DNA of 43,362 nucleotides from an uncultured Azospirillum sp. (lineage in GTDB: Bacteria > Pseudomonadota > Alphaproteobacteria > RF32 > CAG-239): assembly GCA_946623145.1 (NCBI GenBank), contig CAMOQT010000002.1:1-43362 (forward strand). The letters are read 5' to 3'. Shown here in pieces: positions 8,042-17,074 of the stretch; within the stretch, counting starts at the first letter, position 1, and every line of letters begins with the position of its first letter. The notes under the pieces are model-generated. The model ran no database searches. It worked only from the letters and a program-made list of their open reading frames with translations, and had not been told where the DNA came from. A program made the position numbers and the translations under genes.

Positions 8042-10177
8042 TTATTTCCTTTTGAACATATTAATGAAGTCTTTTGTGTTTTTTTCGATGTTTTTTAGTT
8101 CTTGTTTAACGGCTGCTTTGGTTTCTTTGTAAGCGGCTTTTGTGTCGCTAATAGCTTGTTGTTGCGCTTTTGATGCCGCAGAAGGTTGGGGAACATTTTT
8201 TTGATAAGCTGTATTTTTTAAGGCGGTATAGCAAGGAGAACTATCAGAGGTTATGGTTTGGGAACCAATATAACCTGCAGCACCGGTTGTTGCAATACTA
8301 ACTAAAGTTTTTACGGCCTGCTTATCGTCTAAAACAATTTGTGGGTTTTCAAGAGTTCCGCCAACATTAATCAAAGAACCTAAGGCTTGAGCTATACCTG
8401 ATTTAAGGCTGAAGCTTGGGTTTAATGTGAACATAATTTTATCATTTAAAAGATTAATTTTTCCGTCACTGGATAAAGTGAGTTTATCAGATTGTAAAGC
8501 TATTCCGTTTGGAAAAACGGCTTTTCCGTCGGCAACATCTGCTCTAGCTACAGCACATTGCAATTTCATCGTTCCACTTTTTTTAGTGTCAATTTTCAAA
8601 ACATTTAGAAGTTGAGAAACAAAACTATTTGTTAGGAACTGCAAGCTTCCGGTTTGAATTTTTGATTCTGATAAAATGGCAATAATTTGTCCTTTCATAT
8701 TTTGTGCTATTTGTCTGTAAGTTTTTCCATGAGAAGAAACATCCATATTCAGCAAGGTTTTGCCGCCGCTTAAAATACCAAAATCTTCATTATTATCAAC
8801 AATAAATTCTTTATGTAAATCTTGTAATAAAATATCTTTACTGTTTAGTTTCAAACTTAAAGTTTGATTTGAGGCGTTTAATACGGCTGTTAAATCTATT
8901 TTACCGGAACCAAAGTCTAAGGTAAGCGGTTTTATATTTAAAATGCCGTTTTTCAAAGAGGCGTTTAGGGCGACATTGTTTGCACTCATACCACTATCGA
9001 TAATAAGTTTTTGAATGTTCAATACGACATCGGCATTCAGCAAACGAAGTGTGTCATAGGGAATAAGCTCATTTGGAACAGATTCAAGCGCATAAGCGTC
9101 TTTGATGAAAGTAAAATTTGATGCTGTTTTTTTTGTTTGCAAAGTCAGTAAATTAATTTTTGGACTTTTTAAGATGGCTGCGATTTGTGGAATGTTTTTC
9201 GAAATATCTATTTTTAATGTTCCACTGATAATGTTATCAGCAATAGATAATTGTTTAATTGTTGCAATAACCTTTGTTAAGTTACCTTTTAGTCCCGTTT
9301 GAACAGATATTGCCGGCAAGTCAAAGTTTCCATTCGGACTGGTAATATCCGCCATAACATCAAAAGAGATATCTTCTGTAACATTGAAAAGATTACCGTT
9401 AATTAAAGCTTTTAAGTTATAAGCTTGAATGTCCGTATCGATAGCAAATGGTTTATCAGGTGTGAAAAGAGTGTTAAAAGACCCTAGTTTTAAAGCCATT
9501 TTGATCGGGTTATTTTCGTAAATAGCGTTGATTTGGGCATTTATCGGAGAATCCAGGTTCTGCATACTGAAATCTAAAGAATTGATATAAAGCTCTTGTT
9601 TTTGATTCGATTGTTCATCAATGTATTGAACAAAACCGTCATCTATCCCGATATTTTTAATAGAAATTTGTTTAATGAAATCAGGTAAAGGAGATGTTTT
9701 ATCGATTTGTTGATTATCCGAAGTTTGCTCTAATTGAGCAAAAGCTAAAGTCTGTAGAGAAGAAAAAGTATCTTGTGGTTTTGAGAAGTTCCAATTTTCC
9801 ATGCCGGCAGATGATTTTTCCAGATAAATTTGAGGTTCCACAAGCGTTATATCGTTAATAATAATTTCTTTGTTGAGTAAAGGAATAACTGAAATTTCTA
9901 TTTTCAGATTTTTTATTTTAAGCATGTCGGGATGTTGTGCCCAAGAGGCATTTGAAAGCGTAATGTCATCAACAACAAGTGTCGGAATGAGAGAAATACC
10001 GAGATGAGCATTGCCGTTAATTTTTAATTGGCGACCGGTGTAATTATAGGCCTGTTCTTCAATCATTTTTTTATAGGAATTTAAATCAAAGTTTTGAATA
10101 AAGTACCAAACCCCGATAGCTGTACCGACAAGAATAATTAAAATTAAAGAGAAAATGATTTTAATAAATTTTTTCAT
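8042..10177 (-). CDS. AsmA-family outer-membrane biogenesis protein
   Basis: N-terminal anchor KKFIKIIFSLILIILVGTAIGVWYF, then a long beta-rich, low-complexity body of about 700 aa. Preferred start is ATG 10177 with an AAGGA SD, rather than TTG 10204. Confidence 0.7.
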   Translation of the reverse strand: MKKFIKIIFSLILIILVGTAIGVWYFIQNFDLNSYKKMIEEQAYNYTGRQLKINGNAHLGISLIPTLVVDDITLSNASWAQHPDMLKIKNLKIEISVIPLLNKEIIINDITLVEPQIYLEKSSAGMENWNFSKPQDTFSSLQTLAFAQLEQTSDNQQIDKTSPLPDFIKQISIKNIGIDDGFVQYIDEQSNQKQELYINSLDFSMQNLDSPINAQINAIYENNPIKMALKLGSFNTLFTPDKPFAIDTDIQAYNLKALINGNLFNVTEDISFDVMADITSPNGNFDLPAISVQTGLKGNLTKVIATIKQLSIADNIISGTLKIDISKNIPQIAAILKSPKINLLTLQTKKTASNFTFIKDAYALESVPNELIPYDTLRLLNADVVLNIQKLIIDSGMSANNVALNASLKNGILNIKPLTLDFGSGKIDLTAVLNASNQTLSLKLNSKDILLQDLHKEFIVDNNEDFGILSGGKTLLNMDVSSHGKTYRQIAQNMKGQIIAILSESKIQTGSLQFLTNSFVSQLLNVLKIDTKKSGTMKLQCAVARADVADGKAVFPNGIALQSDKLTLSSDGKINLLNDKIMFTLNPSFSLKSGIAQALGSLINVGGTLENPQIVLDDKQAVKTLVSIATTGAAGYIGSQTITSDSSPCYTALKNTAYQKNVPQPSAASKAQQQAISDTKAAYKETKAAVKQELKNIEKNTKDFINMFKRK

Positions 10178-10181
10178 AAGA

Positions 10182-11114
10182 TTATCCTTTAAAATGAATT
10201 CCAATATTATCTAAATCTTGGCGGAAATACTCCGGCAATGGTGCTTTAATCAAGCACTTTTTATTATATAATGCAGATAGGTCAATTTTGTATGCATGAA
10301 GATGAAGTTTATCTGTCAGCAGAGAATATTTTTCTCTTTTTTCGCCTTGAAAATACTTATTATCACCGACAATTGGAGAACCTATATATTGTAAATGAAC
10401 GCGAATTTGATGGGTGCGACCGGTTAAAGGTTCTGCTGCTAAAAGAGCAAATTTATTGCTGATAGCATCAATTATTTCAAAATGTGTATGTGCCGGTTTT
10501 CCATCTTCCAGAACAGTTACTTTTTCTCCGATTTTTTCTAAAGGCGCTTTAATGTCTCCAAAGTTTTGTTTGGGAGTAGGGGAAACAAGAGCTAGATACG
10601 TTTTTTGAAGAGTATGCTCTCTAAATGCTTTTGTTAACAAATCAGCCCATTGACGATTGCGGGCTAAAATTAAAATACCGCTCGTATCTTTATCAATACG
10701 ATGAACAAGTTTCGGTTTTTCCTGTTTGTCAAAAGCTAAGGCGTCTAATAATCCATCAATGTGACGTGTCATATTTGTTCCGCCCTGTACGGCTAATCCG
10801 GATGGTTTATTGAGGACGATAATATTATCATCTTTATAGATAACTAAATGACGAATGTATTCTTGATCTTTGTTTGATATTTCGGCACGTCGTGGGGCTG
10901 CTTTTTCTTCCTGTAGCGGAGGGACTCGAATTTCTTGTCCGGAAGTCACTTTTAGTCCGGTGTCTGCACGTTTGCCGTCAACTTTAATTTGTTTTGTACG
11001 CAGAAGTTTTTGGAATCGCCCCAACGACAATCCAGGATAATATTTCAAAAACCAACGATTGAGACGCATACCATCATCTTCGGGTTTGACTTTTATCAGT
11101 TCTACGCCTGTCAT
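10182..11114 (-). CDS. 23S rRNA pseudouridine synthase, RluA superfamily (RluC/RluD type) with N-terminal S4 domain
   Basis: S4-like N-terminus (RLNRWFLKYYPGLSLGRFQKLLRTKQIKVDGKR) and catalytic motif HRIDKDTSGILILA. Confidence 0.85.
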   Translation of the reverse strand: MTGVELIKVKPEDDGMRLNRWFLKYYPGLSLGRFQKLLRTKQIKVDGKRADTGLKVTSGQEIRVPPLQEEKAAPRRAEISNKDQEYIRHLVIYKDDNIIVLNKPSGLAVQGGTNMTRHIDGLLDALAFDKQEKPKLVHRIDKDTSGILILARNRQWADLLTKAFREHTLQKTYLALVSPTPKQNFGDIKAPLEKIGEKVTVLEDGKPAHTHFEIIDAISNKFALLAAEPLTGRTHQIRVHLQYIGSPIVGDNKYFQGEKREKYSLLTDKLHLHAYKIDLSALYNKKCLIKAPLPEYFRQDLDNIGIHFKG

Positions 11115-11180
11115 TTTCTCCTCTTTTTGTTTGTGTGGAGTTTAGAATATTAGGATTTGTTTGACAAGATTTTTGTTAAA

Positions 11181-11217
11181 GAAAAATATAAAAAAACCTT
11201 GCTAAGCAAGCAAGGTT
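11181..11217 (-). terminator. rho-independent terminator after the 113-aa ORF
   Basis: Minus-strand hairpin AACCTTGC/GCAAGGTT followed by TTTTTTATATTTTT. Begins 8 nt after the stop codon. Confidence 0.65.
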
Positions 11218-11224
11218 TTGGATG

Positions 11225-11566
11225 TTACTTACGATATTTTCTTGGTTTTGAATTTATTTTACCCATTTTGGGTGGAGGAAATATTTGCTTTTGTTTGTTG
11301 TTCAGAAGCAAATTAGGAGGAATCGGGAAAACAGGTACGTTTTTAAGAACGAGTGCTTGGGCTTGAGAACCTTTAGCCGCGATGGATTCAAATAATTCTT
11401 GTAAATTCTTTTTGTCAGGTTCTTTTTGGCAGATGGTAATGCCGTATTCTTGTTCAAGAAGAAGGGCTATATATTTTAGCTCTTCGACGGAAAGATCGAT
11501 TATTTCTTCGGCAAGAGTCTGAATAGATATTGGTGTTCCTGAGATAAGAATGTAAATTTTTTTCAT
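11225..11566 (-). CDS. small hypothetical protein with a ribosomal L7/L12 N-terminal-like helix and a basic Pro-rich tail
   Basis: 113 aa. LAEEIIDLSVEELKYIALLLEQEYGI mirrors the L12 N-terminal-domain pattern. Has its own terminator but no clear SD. Confidence 0.5.
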   Translation of the reverse strand: MKKIYILISGTPISIQTLAEEIIDLSVEELKYIALLLEQEYGITICQKEPDKKNLQELFESIAAKGSQAQALVLKNVPVFPIPPNLLLNNKQKQIFPPPKMGKINSKPRKYRK

Positions 11567-11624
11567 ATAATAATTTTTTAATGATTTTTATTTGAATTCT
11601 GTGTAACAGAAAATAAAATGTCTG

Positions 11625-12947
11625 TCAATTTTCTTGTTTTTGTTTCTTTTTAGCCTGTTTTTCTGCTCGAAGTTTATCGAAATATTCAATACGTTTTTTT
11701 ATTTCACGTTCAAAACCTCTGTCAACAGGGTAATACAGTTTTGTGCGGTTTATTCCGTCAGGAAAATAATTTGCACCGGAGAAACCGTCTTCACAGTCCG
11801 GATCGTATTCATAACCTTCACTGTATCCAAGTTGTTTCATTAATTTTGTCGGAGCATTAAGAATGTTTTTCGGGGGCATTAAAGATCCTGTTTTCTTTGC
11901 CAAATCAAAGGCTGCATGCATGGCTTTATAAACGCCGGTTGATTTTGGAGCTGTAGCAAGATATGCCGTTAATTGCATAATAGCTAAATCCCCTTCAGGT
12001 GATCCTAATCGTTCGTAAGTTTCCCAGCATGAAATTGCTTGCGTTACAGCATTGGGATCAGCTAAAGAAACATCTTCAACAGCAAACCGTGTTAATCTGC
12101 GAAGAATATATTTCGGATCTTCGCCTGAGGATATCATTCGAGCTACCCAATACAAAGCAGCATCAACATCAGAACCGCGTAAGGATTTATGAACTGCTGA
12201 GATAAGGTTATAATGTCCGTCGCGCCCTTTATCATAAACGGGGGCTCGGGAACGGATAATATTCATAATATTATCTTTTGTAAAAATCTCATCTTTCTGC
12301 GCGTAAGACCAGACACTTTCAGCTAAGTTTAAAATGTATCGCCCATCACCATCAGCCACAGATTTCATAAAATCACGCGCTTCTTCGTCGATGGGGAGTT
12401 TTTTACCTTCTTCTTTTTCAGCGCGCTGTAAAAGTTCTTCAAAATCATTATCATTTAACCTGTTCAGGACAAAAACTTGGCAGCGTGATAAGAGAGCGGC
12501 ATTAAGTTCAAATGAAGGATTTTCGGTTGTGGCTCCGACTAAAATGATTGTTCCGTCTTCAACATAAGGGAGAAAGCCATCTTGTTGAGATTTGTTAAAA
12601 CGATGAATTTCATCAACGAAAAGCAAAGTTCCTTTGCCTTGATTAGCACGGCGATCTTGAGCGTATTGAAAAACGCGTTTTAGATCGGCAACGCCGGAGA
12701 AAACCGCTGAAATTTGTTCAAAATATAAATTTGTATTTTCTGCCATTAAACGAGCAATGGTGGTTTTACCACATCCGGGAGGTCCCCATAAAATAAAAGA
12801 AGAGATTTTTCCGCTCTTGATCATTCGTCCGAGGGGAGCATCATTGCCAACAAGATGATTTTGGCCAACTACTTCGCTTAAGTCTTTTGGGCGTAAGCGA
12901 TCAGCTAAAGGTCTTTTGATATTTGCTGAAAATAAGGTTTCTTCCAT
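11625..12947 (-). CDS. rarA: replication-associated recombination protein A (MgsA/RarA AAA+ ATPase)
   Basis: Walker A GPPGCGKTT, Walker B LFVDEIHRFNK, conserved C-terminal helical domain (DGHYNLISAVHKSLRGSDVDAALYW). Confidence 0.9.
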   Translation of the reverse strand: MEETLFSANIKRPLADRLRPKDLSEVVGQNHLVGNDAPLGRMIKSGKISSFILWGPPGCGKTTIARLMAENTNLYFEQISAVFSGVADLKRVFQYAQDRRANQGKGTLLFVDEIHRFNKSQQDGFLPYVEDGTIILVGATTENPSFELNAALLSRCQVFVLNRLNDNDFEELLQRAEKEEGKKLPIDEEARDFMKSVADGDGRYILNLAESVWSYAQKDEIFTKDNIMNIIRSRAPVYDKGRDGHYNLISAVHKSLRGSDVDAALYWVARMISSGEDPKYILRRLTRFAVEDVSLADPNAVTQAISCWETYERLGSPEGDLAIMQLTAYLATAPKSTGVYKAMHAAFDLAKKTGSLMPPKNILNAPTKLMKQLGYSEGYEYDPDCEDGFSGANYFPDGINRTKLYYPVDRGFEREIKKRIEYFDKLRAEKQAKKKQKQEN

Positions 12948-12949
12948 TA

Positions 12950-14107
12950 CTATCCTCGAGAATTTTCGCCGCGTTGTCGCATCAAGCTTTCCATAACTTG
13001 TAAGTTTGGTTTTCTTTCTGGACTTTTTTCTTCTTGTTTAGGCTGAGGATATTGAACAGAAGCGGCTTCTTTCATTTTTTCTTTGAGAACCATTTTTTTG
13101 TTTTCTTCAATGACACGTTGAAGATCTTCATTTGCTGATTTATCAGGTTCTGTTTTTTGTTTTTTTATTTCTTTAGTATCTTCGGATTTAAAATTAGCAC
13201 TAAACTTTTTAATAGCGCTGAAGATTTCTTCAAAAGAAATGCGCCGACTTGGATTTGTAATCCAAATTCCTACAGGACGTCCGTTATCGTGGAAAAAGTC
13301 AGTTAAATCAATGAAGAAGTCTTTTTTCTTTTTATTGGGTTTTGGGGCAAGTATTCGTTTTAATTCTTCCGGAGAAGGTGTGCGCCCCAAGGCTTGGGCA
13401 ATTTGTTCAGGTGTAATAATGCATTCGCTCAAATCTAATTCTGCAATATTAACACCGGTAAAGTCTACGCCGGTAAAATCCACACCTCGCAAGCTGACAT
13501 TGCGTAAATCTATTTTTGTAAGGTCTAGAAGACGTAAATCAAATTTTGCTAAGTTGAGTTTATGAGGATAGTATGTGGCTAAGTATTCAATGAGTTCTTG
13601 GATTTCTTCTAAAGAAAGTTTATCAATATCAATTTCAAGAAAAATGGCATCTGTTAAATCAATTCCTGAAAGGTTGGCTTCGTGCAATTTTACTTTTTTC
13701 AGGTTGGCTTGTACTAATTTTGCACCTTCAAGGTTCGCTCCTGTCAAATCTGCACCTTCAAGGTTTGCCCCTGTCAAATCAGCACCGCTAAAATCAACGC
13801 CGCGGAGATTTGCGCCGGCAAGATTTATCCCTTTAAGATTAGCTGCTGAGAAATTGAAATTTTCAAGATTTGCTTGGGCGAAGTTGCCGTTTTCGAGGTT
13901 TTTGCCATGAAAATCCGCTCCAGATATTTTATCCGGTGTCCATATCTGCTTTGGTATAAAAGGAAAATTATCCGCCTTTTGCGGTTCTTCTTTTGCGACA
14001 GCCTTCCAGTTAATCTCGGCTTTTTCTTGAACAAACTTTTGTTTTTGCTCGAGAATTTTTGCTTTTTTCAACTCAAGGCTAATATCTTTATCGTTAGAGT
14101 CGGACAT
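12950..14107 (-). CDS. pentapeptide-repeat protein with Lys/Glu-rich termini
   Basis: Long runs of A(D/N)LxG pentapeptides (ANLKGINLAGANLRGVDFSGADLTGANLEGADLTGANLEGAKL...). Stop lies 2 nt before the rarA start. Confidence 0.85.
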   Translation of the reverse strand: MSDSNDKDISLELKKAKILEQKQKFVQEKAEINWKAVAKEEPQKADNFPFIPKQIWTPDKISGADFHGKNLENGNFAQANLENFNFSAANLKGINLAGANLRGVDFSGADLTGANLEGADLTGANLEGAKLVQANLKKVKLHEANLSGIDLTDAIFLEIDIDKLSLEEIQELIEYLATYYPHKLNLAKFDLRLLDLTKIDLRNVSLRGVDFTGVDFTGVNIAELDLSECIITPEQIAQALGRTPSPEELKRILAPKPNKKKKDFFIDLTDFFHDNGRPVGIWITNPSRRISFEEIFSAIKKFSANFKSEDTKEIKKQKTEPDKSANEDLQRVIEENKKMVLKEKMKEAASVQYPQPKQEEKSPERKPNLQVMESLMRQRGENSRG

Positions 14108-14169
14108 TTGAGTTAAACTTCATTTTTTTCTTTCTAAATTATATCTTAAGAAAATGTTTTTTACAAGAA

Positions 14170-15873
14170 CTAATCACGCAAAAAACATTCTCGGCCCTTT
14201 TGGCGCAATTTGGCGCAAATGTCTTGGAATCCTCCTGATGTTGATTTTATTGTTAATCGGAATAAGGGAATACCTGCGGCAGATATTTTCTCATAATTCG
14301 GTTCATAGGCAGCCAATTCAGGAAAATCGGTTATCAATTTGTTCCATTCTTTTTGAGCGGTTTCTTCGTTGAGATAAGCGCCTAGTTGCATAGAGGTTTT
14401 CTGATTGTAATTTTGAGGAGCGGTTTGAGCTGAACTCATTAATTTTGGAGTTGTAGGTATCGGATTTTTGCTCATTAAATCTTCGAGCCAATTTTCTCCA
14501 TGAGCCCAACTGGTGTTTTCTGCTAAATCGGAGCTGTTTTGAAGGGAAACGTAAGAAGTTTGTTTTTCTGATGATATTTTTTTTTGTAGATTTTCAGAAA
14601 AATAAGCCGCTATTTCAGGAATTCCTTTTTGTAAAAAATTCTGAGAAATTTTTATTTGTCCGTCGTAAAAACGTAAAGAAGAGATTGTTAAAGCTTTTTC
14701 AGCCAAAATTTGATCTGCTAATAATTCGTTTTTTAACAAATCTGTTCGGGCCTGAATTAAGTTGATACGTTGCTCTTCTGTCGGATGGCTTGTTTTTTCA
14801 AGTTTGCTGATGAGTTGTTGAATTTGTTTGATATTCTTTTGTTGTTCTTCATAGTCAGAGGTTGTTCTTTTAGCCAACTGGTAAGCTGTTTCTACTTGTA
14901 AATAAATTGCTTTATGAAGTTCTTCGCTTAGTTTAGGTAATAATTCTTGTTTTTTACCTTTGCCTGCTTTTTGATAATCAAGCATTGTCTGTAGTAAAAC
15001 AGATGCTTGCGCATCTCCACGCGCAATTATATTTTGTTGCGGGTCAGAATATTCTGCCGGGGTTTGTTTTTCAGGATACTTATCAGAGATTGTTTTTGAG
15101 ATGTTTTCTAAGGAAAATGTGGGAAAATCAGCTAATTCTATGCGGTTTTTAAAAGCCGACCGTTGGTAATCTGTAGCATTGATTTGGGGTTGCAAAGCGA
15201 TGGTATCAAAAAAACGTCGTCCCTCAAATTCCAATTTAGAGGTTTCAATTTTAACCAATTGGCGAAAATCTTTTAAGTTTTGCTCCATGGTTACTAATAT
15301 TGTATTCAAAGTATCTATGCTTTCCTCAAGTTTCTTTTGATAAGCATAACTTTTGTTAGAAGGCTTTTTTATTAAATCCGCAATCTGTTTTTGGTATTGG
15401 CGAATTTTACGCTTAACTTCAAAAGCTTTTTTGTGTTCATATAAGGCATTTTTATGAGCTTTTATTGTTGCAAGGACGATATTTTGAGCGGTAATTTGAT
15501 TGAAAATATCATTAATTTTTTGAGCGTCGGTATTATAGTTAATGGCGGTGTAAAGTATTGAAAAATCAAGTTCTTTCTGAGAAACAGCCAAACCGGCAGA
15601 CTGTCCTTCTTTGAGCTTGCGTAGATTAGAAAAAGCATTTTGGTGCGCTTCCGGTCCCAGGAATTTATTTGATATTTGTTGTTTAACAGGCTGAATATTA
15701 TATTTCAGGCTACGAGCAATAGCGGTTTCAAGATTAAGTCGTCCTTTATGATTTTCTATTTGAATAATGTCGTTTTTTTGTGATGAATTATCAACAGGTT
15801 GTGAGGGTGTTGTACATGCATTTAGCAGTAATGAAATGATTAAGAAATAAGCTATTTTTTGAAGTCTTTTCAA
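14170..15873 (-). CDS. lipoprotein with TolC/OEP-like helical region and C-terminal SPOR domain
   Basis: TTG 15873 preceded by AAGGAG. Signal peptide plus lipobox LKRLQKIAYFLIISLLLNAC. OEP-like LNLETAIARSLKYN. C-terminal SPOR pattern MQLGAYLNEETAQKEWNKL...FRLTI. Confidence 0.65.
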   Translation of the reverse strand: MKRLQKIAYFLIISLLLNACTTPSQPVDNSSQKNDIIQIENHKGRLNLETAIARSLKYNIQPVKQQISNKFLGPEAHQNAFSNLRKLKEGQSAGLAVSQKELDFSILYTAINYNTDAQKINDIFNQITAQNIVLATIKAHKNALYEHKKAFEVKRKIRQYQKQIADLIKKPSNKSYAYQKKLEESIDTLNTILVTMEQNLKDFRQLVKIETSKLEFEGRRFFDTIALQPQINATDYQRSAFKNRIELADFPTFSLENISKTISDKYPEKQTPAEYSDPQQNIIARGDAQASVLLQTMLDYQKAGKGKKQELLPKLSEELHKAIYLQVETAYQLAKRTTSDYEEQQKNIKQIQQLISKLEKTSHPTEEQRINLIQARTDLLKNELLADQILAEKALTISSLRFYDGQIKISQNFLQKGIPEIAAYFSENLQKKISSEKQTSYVSLQNSSDLAENTSWAHGENWLEDLMSKNPIPTTPKLMSSAQTAPQNYNQKTSMQLGAYLNEETAQKEWNKLITDFPELAAYEPNYEKISAAGIPLFRLTIKSTSGGFQDICAKLRQKGRECFLRD

Positions 15874-15997
15874 TTTTTTTGCTCCTTGTTGTAACAATTT
15901 GTAACATCTTTTTATGTGACTTTTCAAGCGAAATTAACTAGTAATTAGGTCGGATTTGATTAATTAGGGGTAGTATTAACTTTTATAAGGAAGACCT

Positions 15998-17005
15998 ATG
16001 ACTAATATTAAAGTTGCCGTAATCGGCGCCGGCATGATGGGTAAAAACCATTTGAAGATGTATAAATCTTTGCAAGGTGTTGAGCTGGTTGGTGTATATG
16101 ATGTTTTCTCCGATTCAGCTAAAGCGGCTGCAGATATGTTTGGAATTAAAGCTTTTTCTTCAATGGAAGAAGTTGCTGCTTGTGTTGATGCCGTTAGTGT
16201 TGTGACGACATCTGTTGCGCATGCCGAAGTTGGTGAATTTTTCTTAAACAAAGGCATTCATTGCTTAATTGAAAAACCATTAGCAACGACAGAGGAAGAA
16301 TGTCAGCGTTTAATTTCTGCTGCAAAAAAGAATAATGTTGTTTTATTAGTCGGACACGTTGAGCGTTATAATCCGGCTGTTGAGCAAATGTCTAAGATTT
16401 TATCAGATACTTCTAAAATTCGTTCTTTAACATCTCAAAGAATGTCAGCCGCATCTGGTCGTATTACAGATGTTGATGTGGCTATGGATTTAATGATTCA
16501 TGATGTTGAAGTTATTCAGGCTTTGGTTAAATCTCCGGTTGTTAAAGTTCAAGCTTCTTCTGTTAATAACGGAAAAGATTATATTTCTGCTTTATTGGAG
16601 TTTGCAAACGGGGCGACAGCAAATTTAACAGCAAGCCGTATTACTCAAGCTCGTGTTCGTACTTTAACAGTTACAACAGATACGAACTATATTGATATGG
16701 ACTTTATCAATCAAAGCATTAATGTTCATTCTCAAGGTCGTATGCCTTATGTTAATCAGGAAGAAATTCCGGAATGGATGAATTATGGCTTAAAGGGTAG
16801 CGTAGAGCAATTGTTTATTCCGACGAATCAACCGTTGCAAGTTGAATTAGCTCACTTTATCGATTGTGTTAACGGTAAAGCACAGCCGCGCGTTACCGGT
16901 GAAGATGCTCTTGATGCCTTGCGTGTTGTTTGGCAAATTCAAGAAAAACTCGGTTTTGCTTCCGGTGCTGCTTCCAGAGAGAAATTGGCATTGGCCGCTG
17001 AATAA
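15998..17005 (+). CDS. Gfo/Idh/MocA-family NAD-dependent oxidoreductase (GnnA-like sugar-nucleotide dehydrogenase possible)
   Basis: Rossmann motif VAVIGAGMMGKNH, EKP motif (CLIEKPLA), VGHVERYNPAV. Confidence 0.8.
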   Translation: MTNIKVAVIGAGMMGKNHLKMYKSLQGVELVGVYDVFSDSAKAAADMFGIKAFSSMEEVAACVDAVSVVTTSVAHAEVGEFFLNKGIHCLIEKPLATTEEECQRLISAAKKNNVVLLVGHVERYNPAVEQMSKILSDTSKIRSLTSQRMSAASGRITDVDVAMDLMIHDVEVIQALVKSPVVKVQASSVNNGKDYISALLEFANGATANLTASRITQARVRTLTVTTDTNYIDMDFINQSINVHSQGRMPYVNQEEIPEWMNYGLKGSVEQLFIPTNQPLQVELAHFIDCVNGKAQPRVTGEDALDALRVVWQIQEKLGFASGAASREKLALAAE

Positions 17006-17032
17006 AGTTGCTAAAATTAAAGTTTGCTATAA

Positions 17033-17063
17033 AATGAGGCGAGAGAATCGCCTCATTTTTTGT
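17033..17063 (+). terminator. rho-independent terminator after the oxidoreductase gene
   Basis: Perfect 10-bp stem AATGAGGCGA/TCGCCTCATT, 5-nt loop, then T-run. Confidence 0.75.
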
Positions 17064-17074
17064 TGAGAAAGAAA

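Noticed and set aside
13239-13910. Two long + strand ORFs (108 and 111 aa) antisense to the pentapeptide-repeat gene
   Set aside because: These are a mirror-frame artefact of the repetitive pentapeptide coding sequence. The products are low-complexity (KSTPVKSTPRK...), and there are no start signals.
15976-16257. 93-aa minus-strand ORF overlapping the start of the Gfo/Idh/MocA gene
   Set aside because: It is antisense to the Rossmann-fold N-terminus, which has a clear motif. The product is low-complexity and Thr/Ser/Ala-rich.
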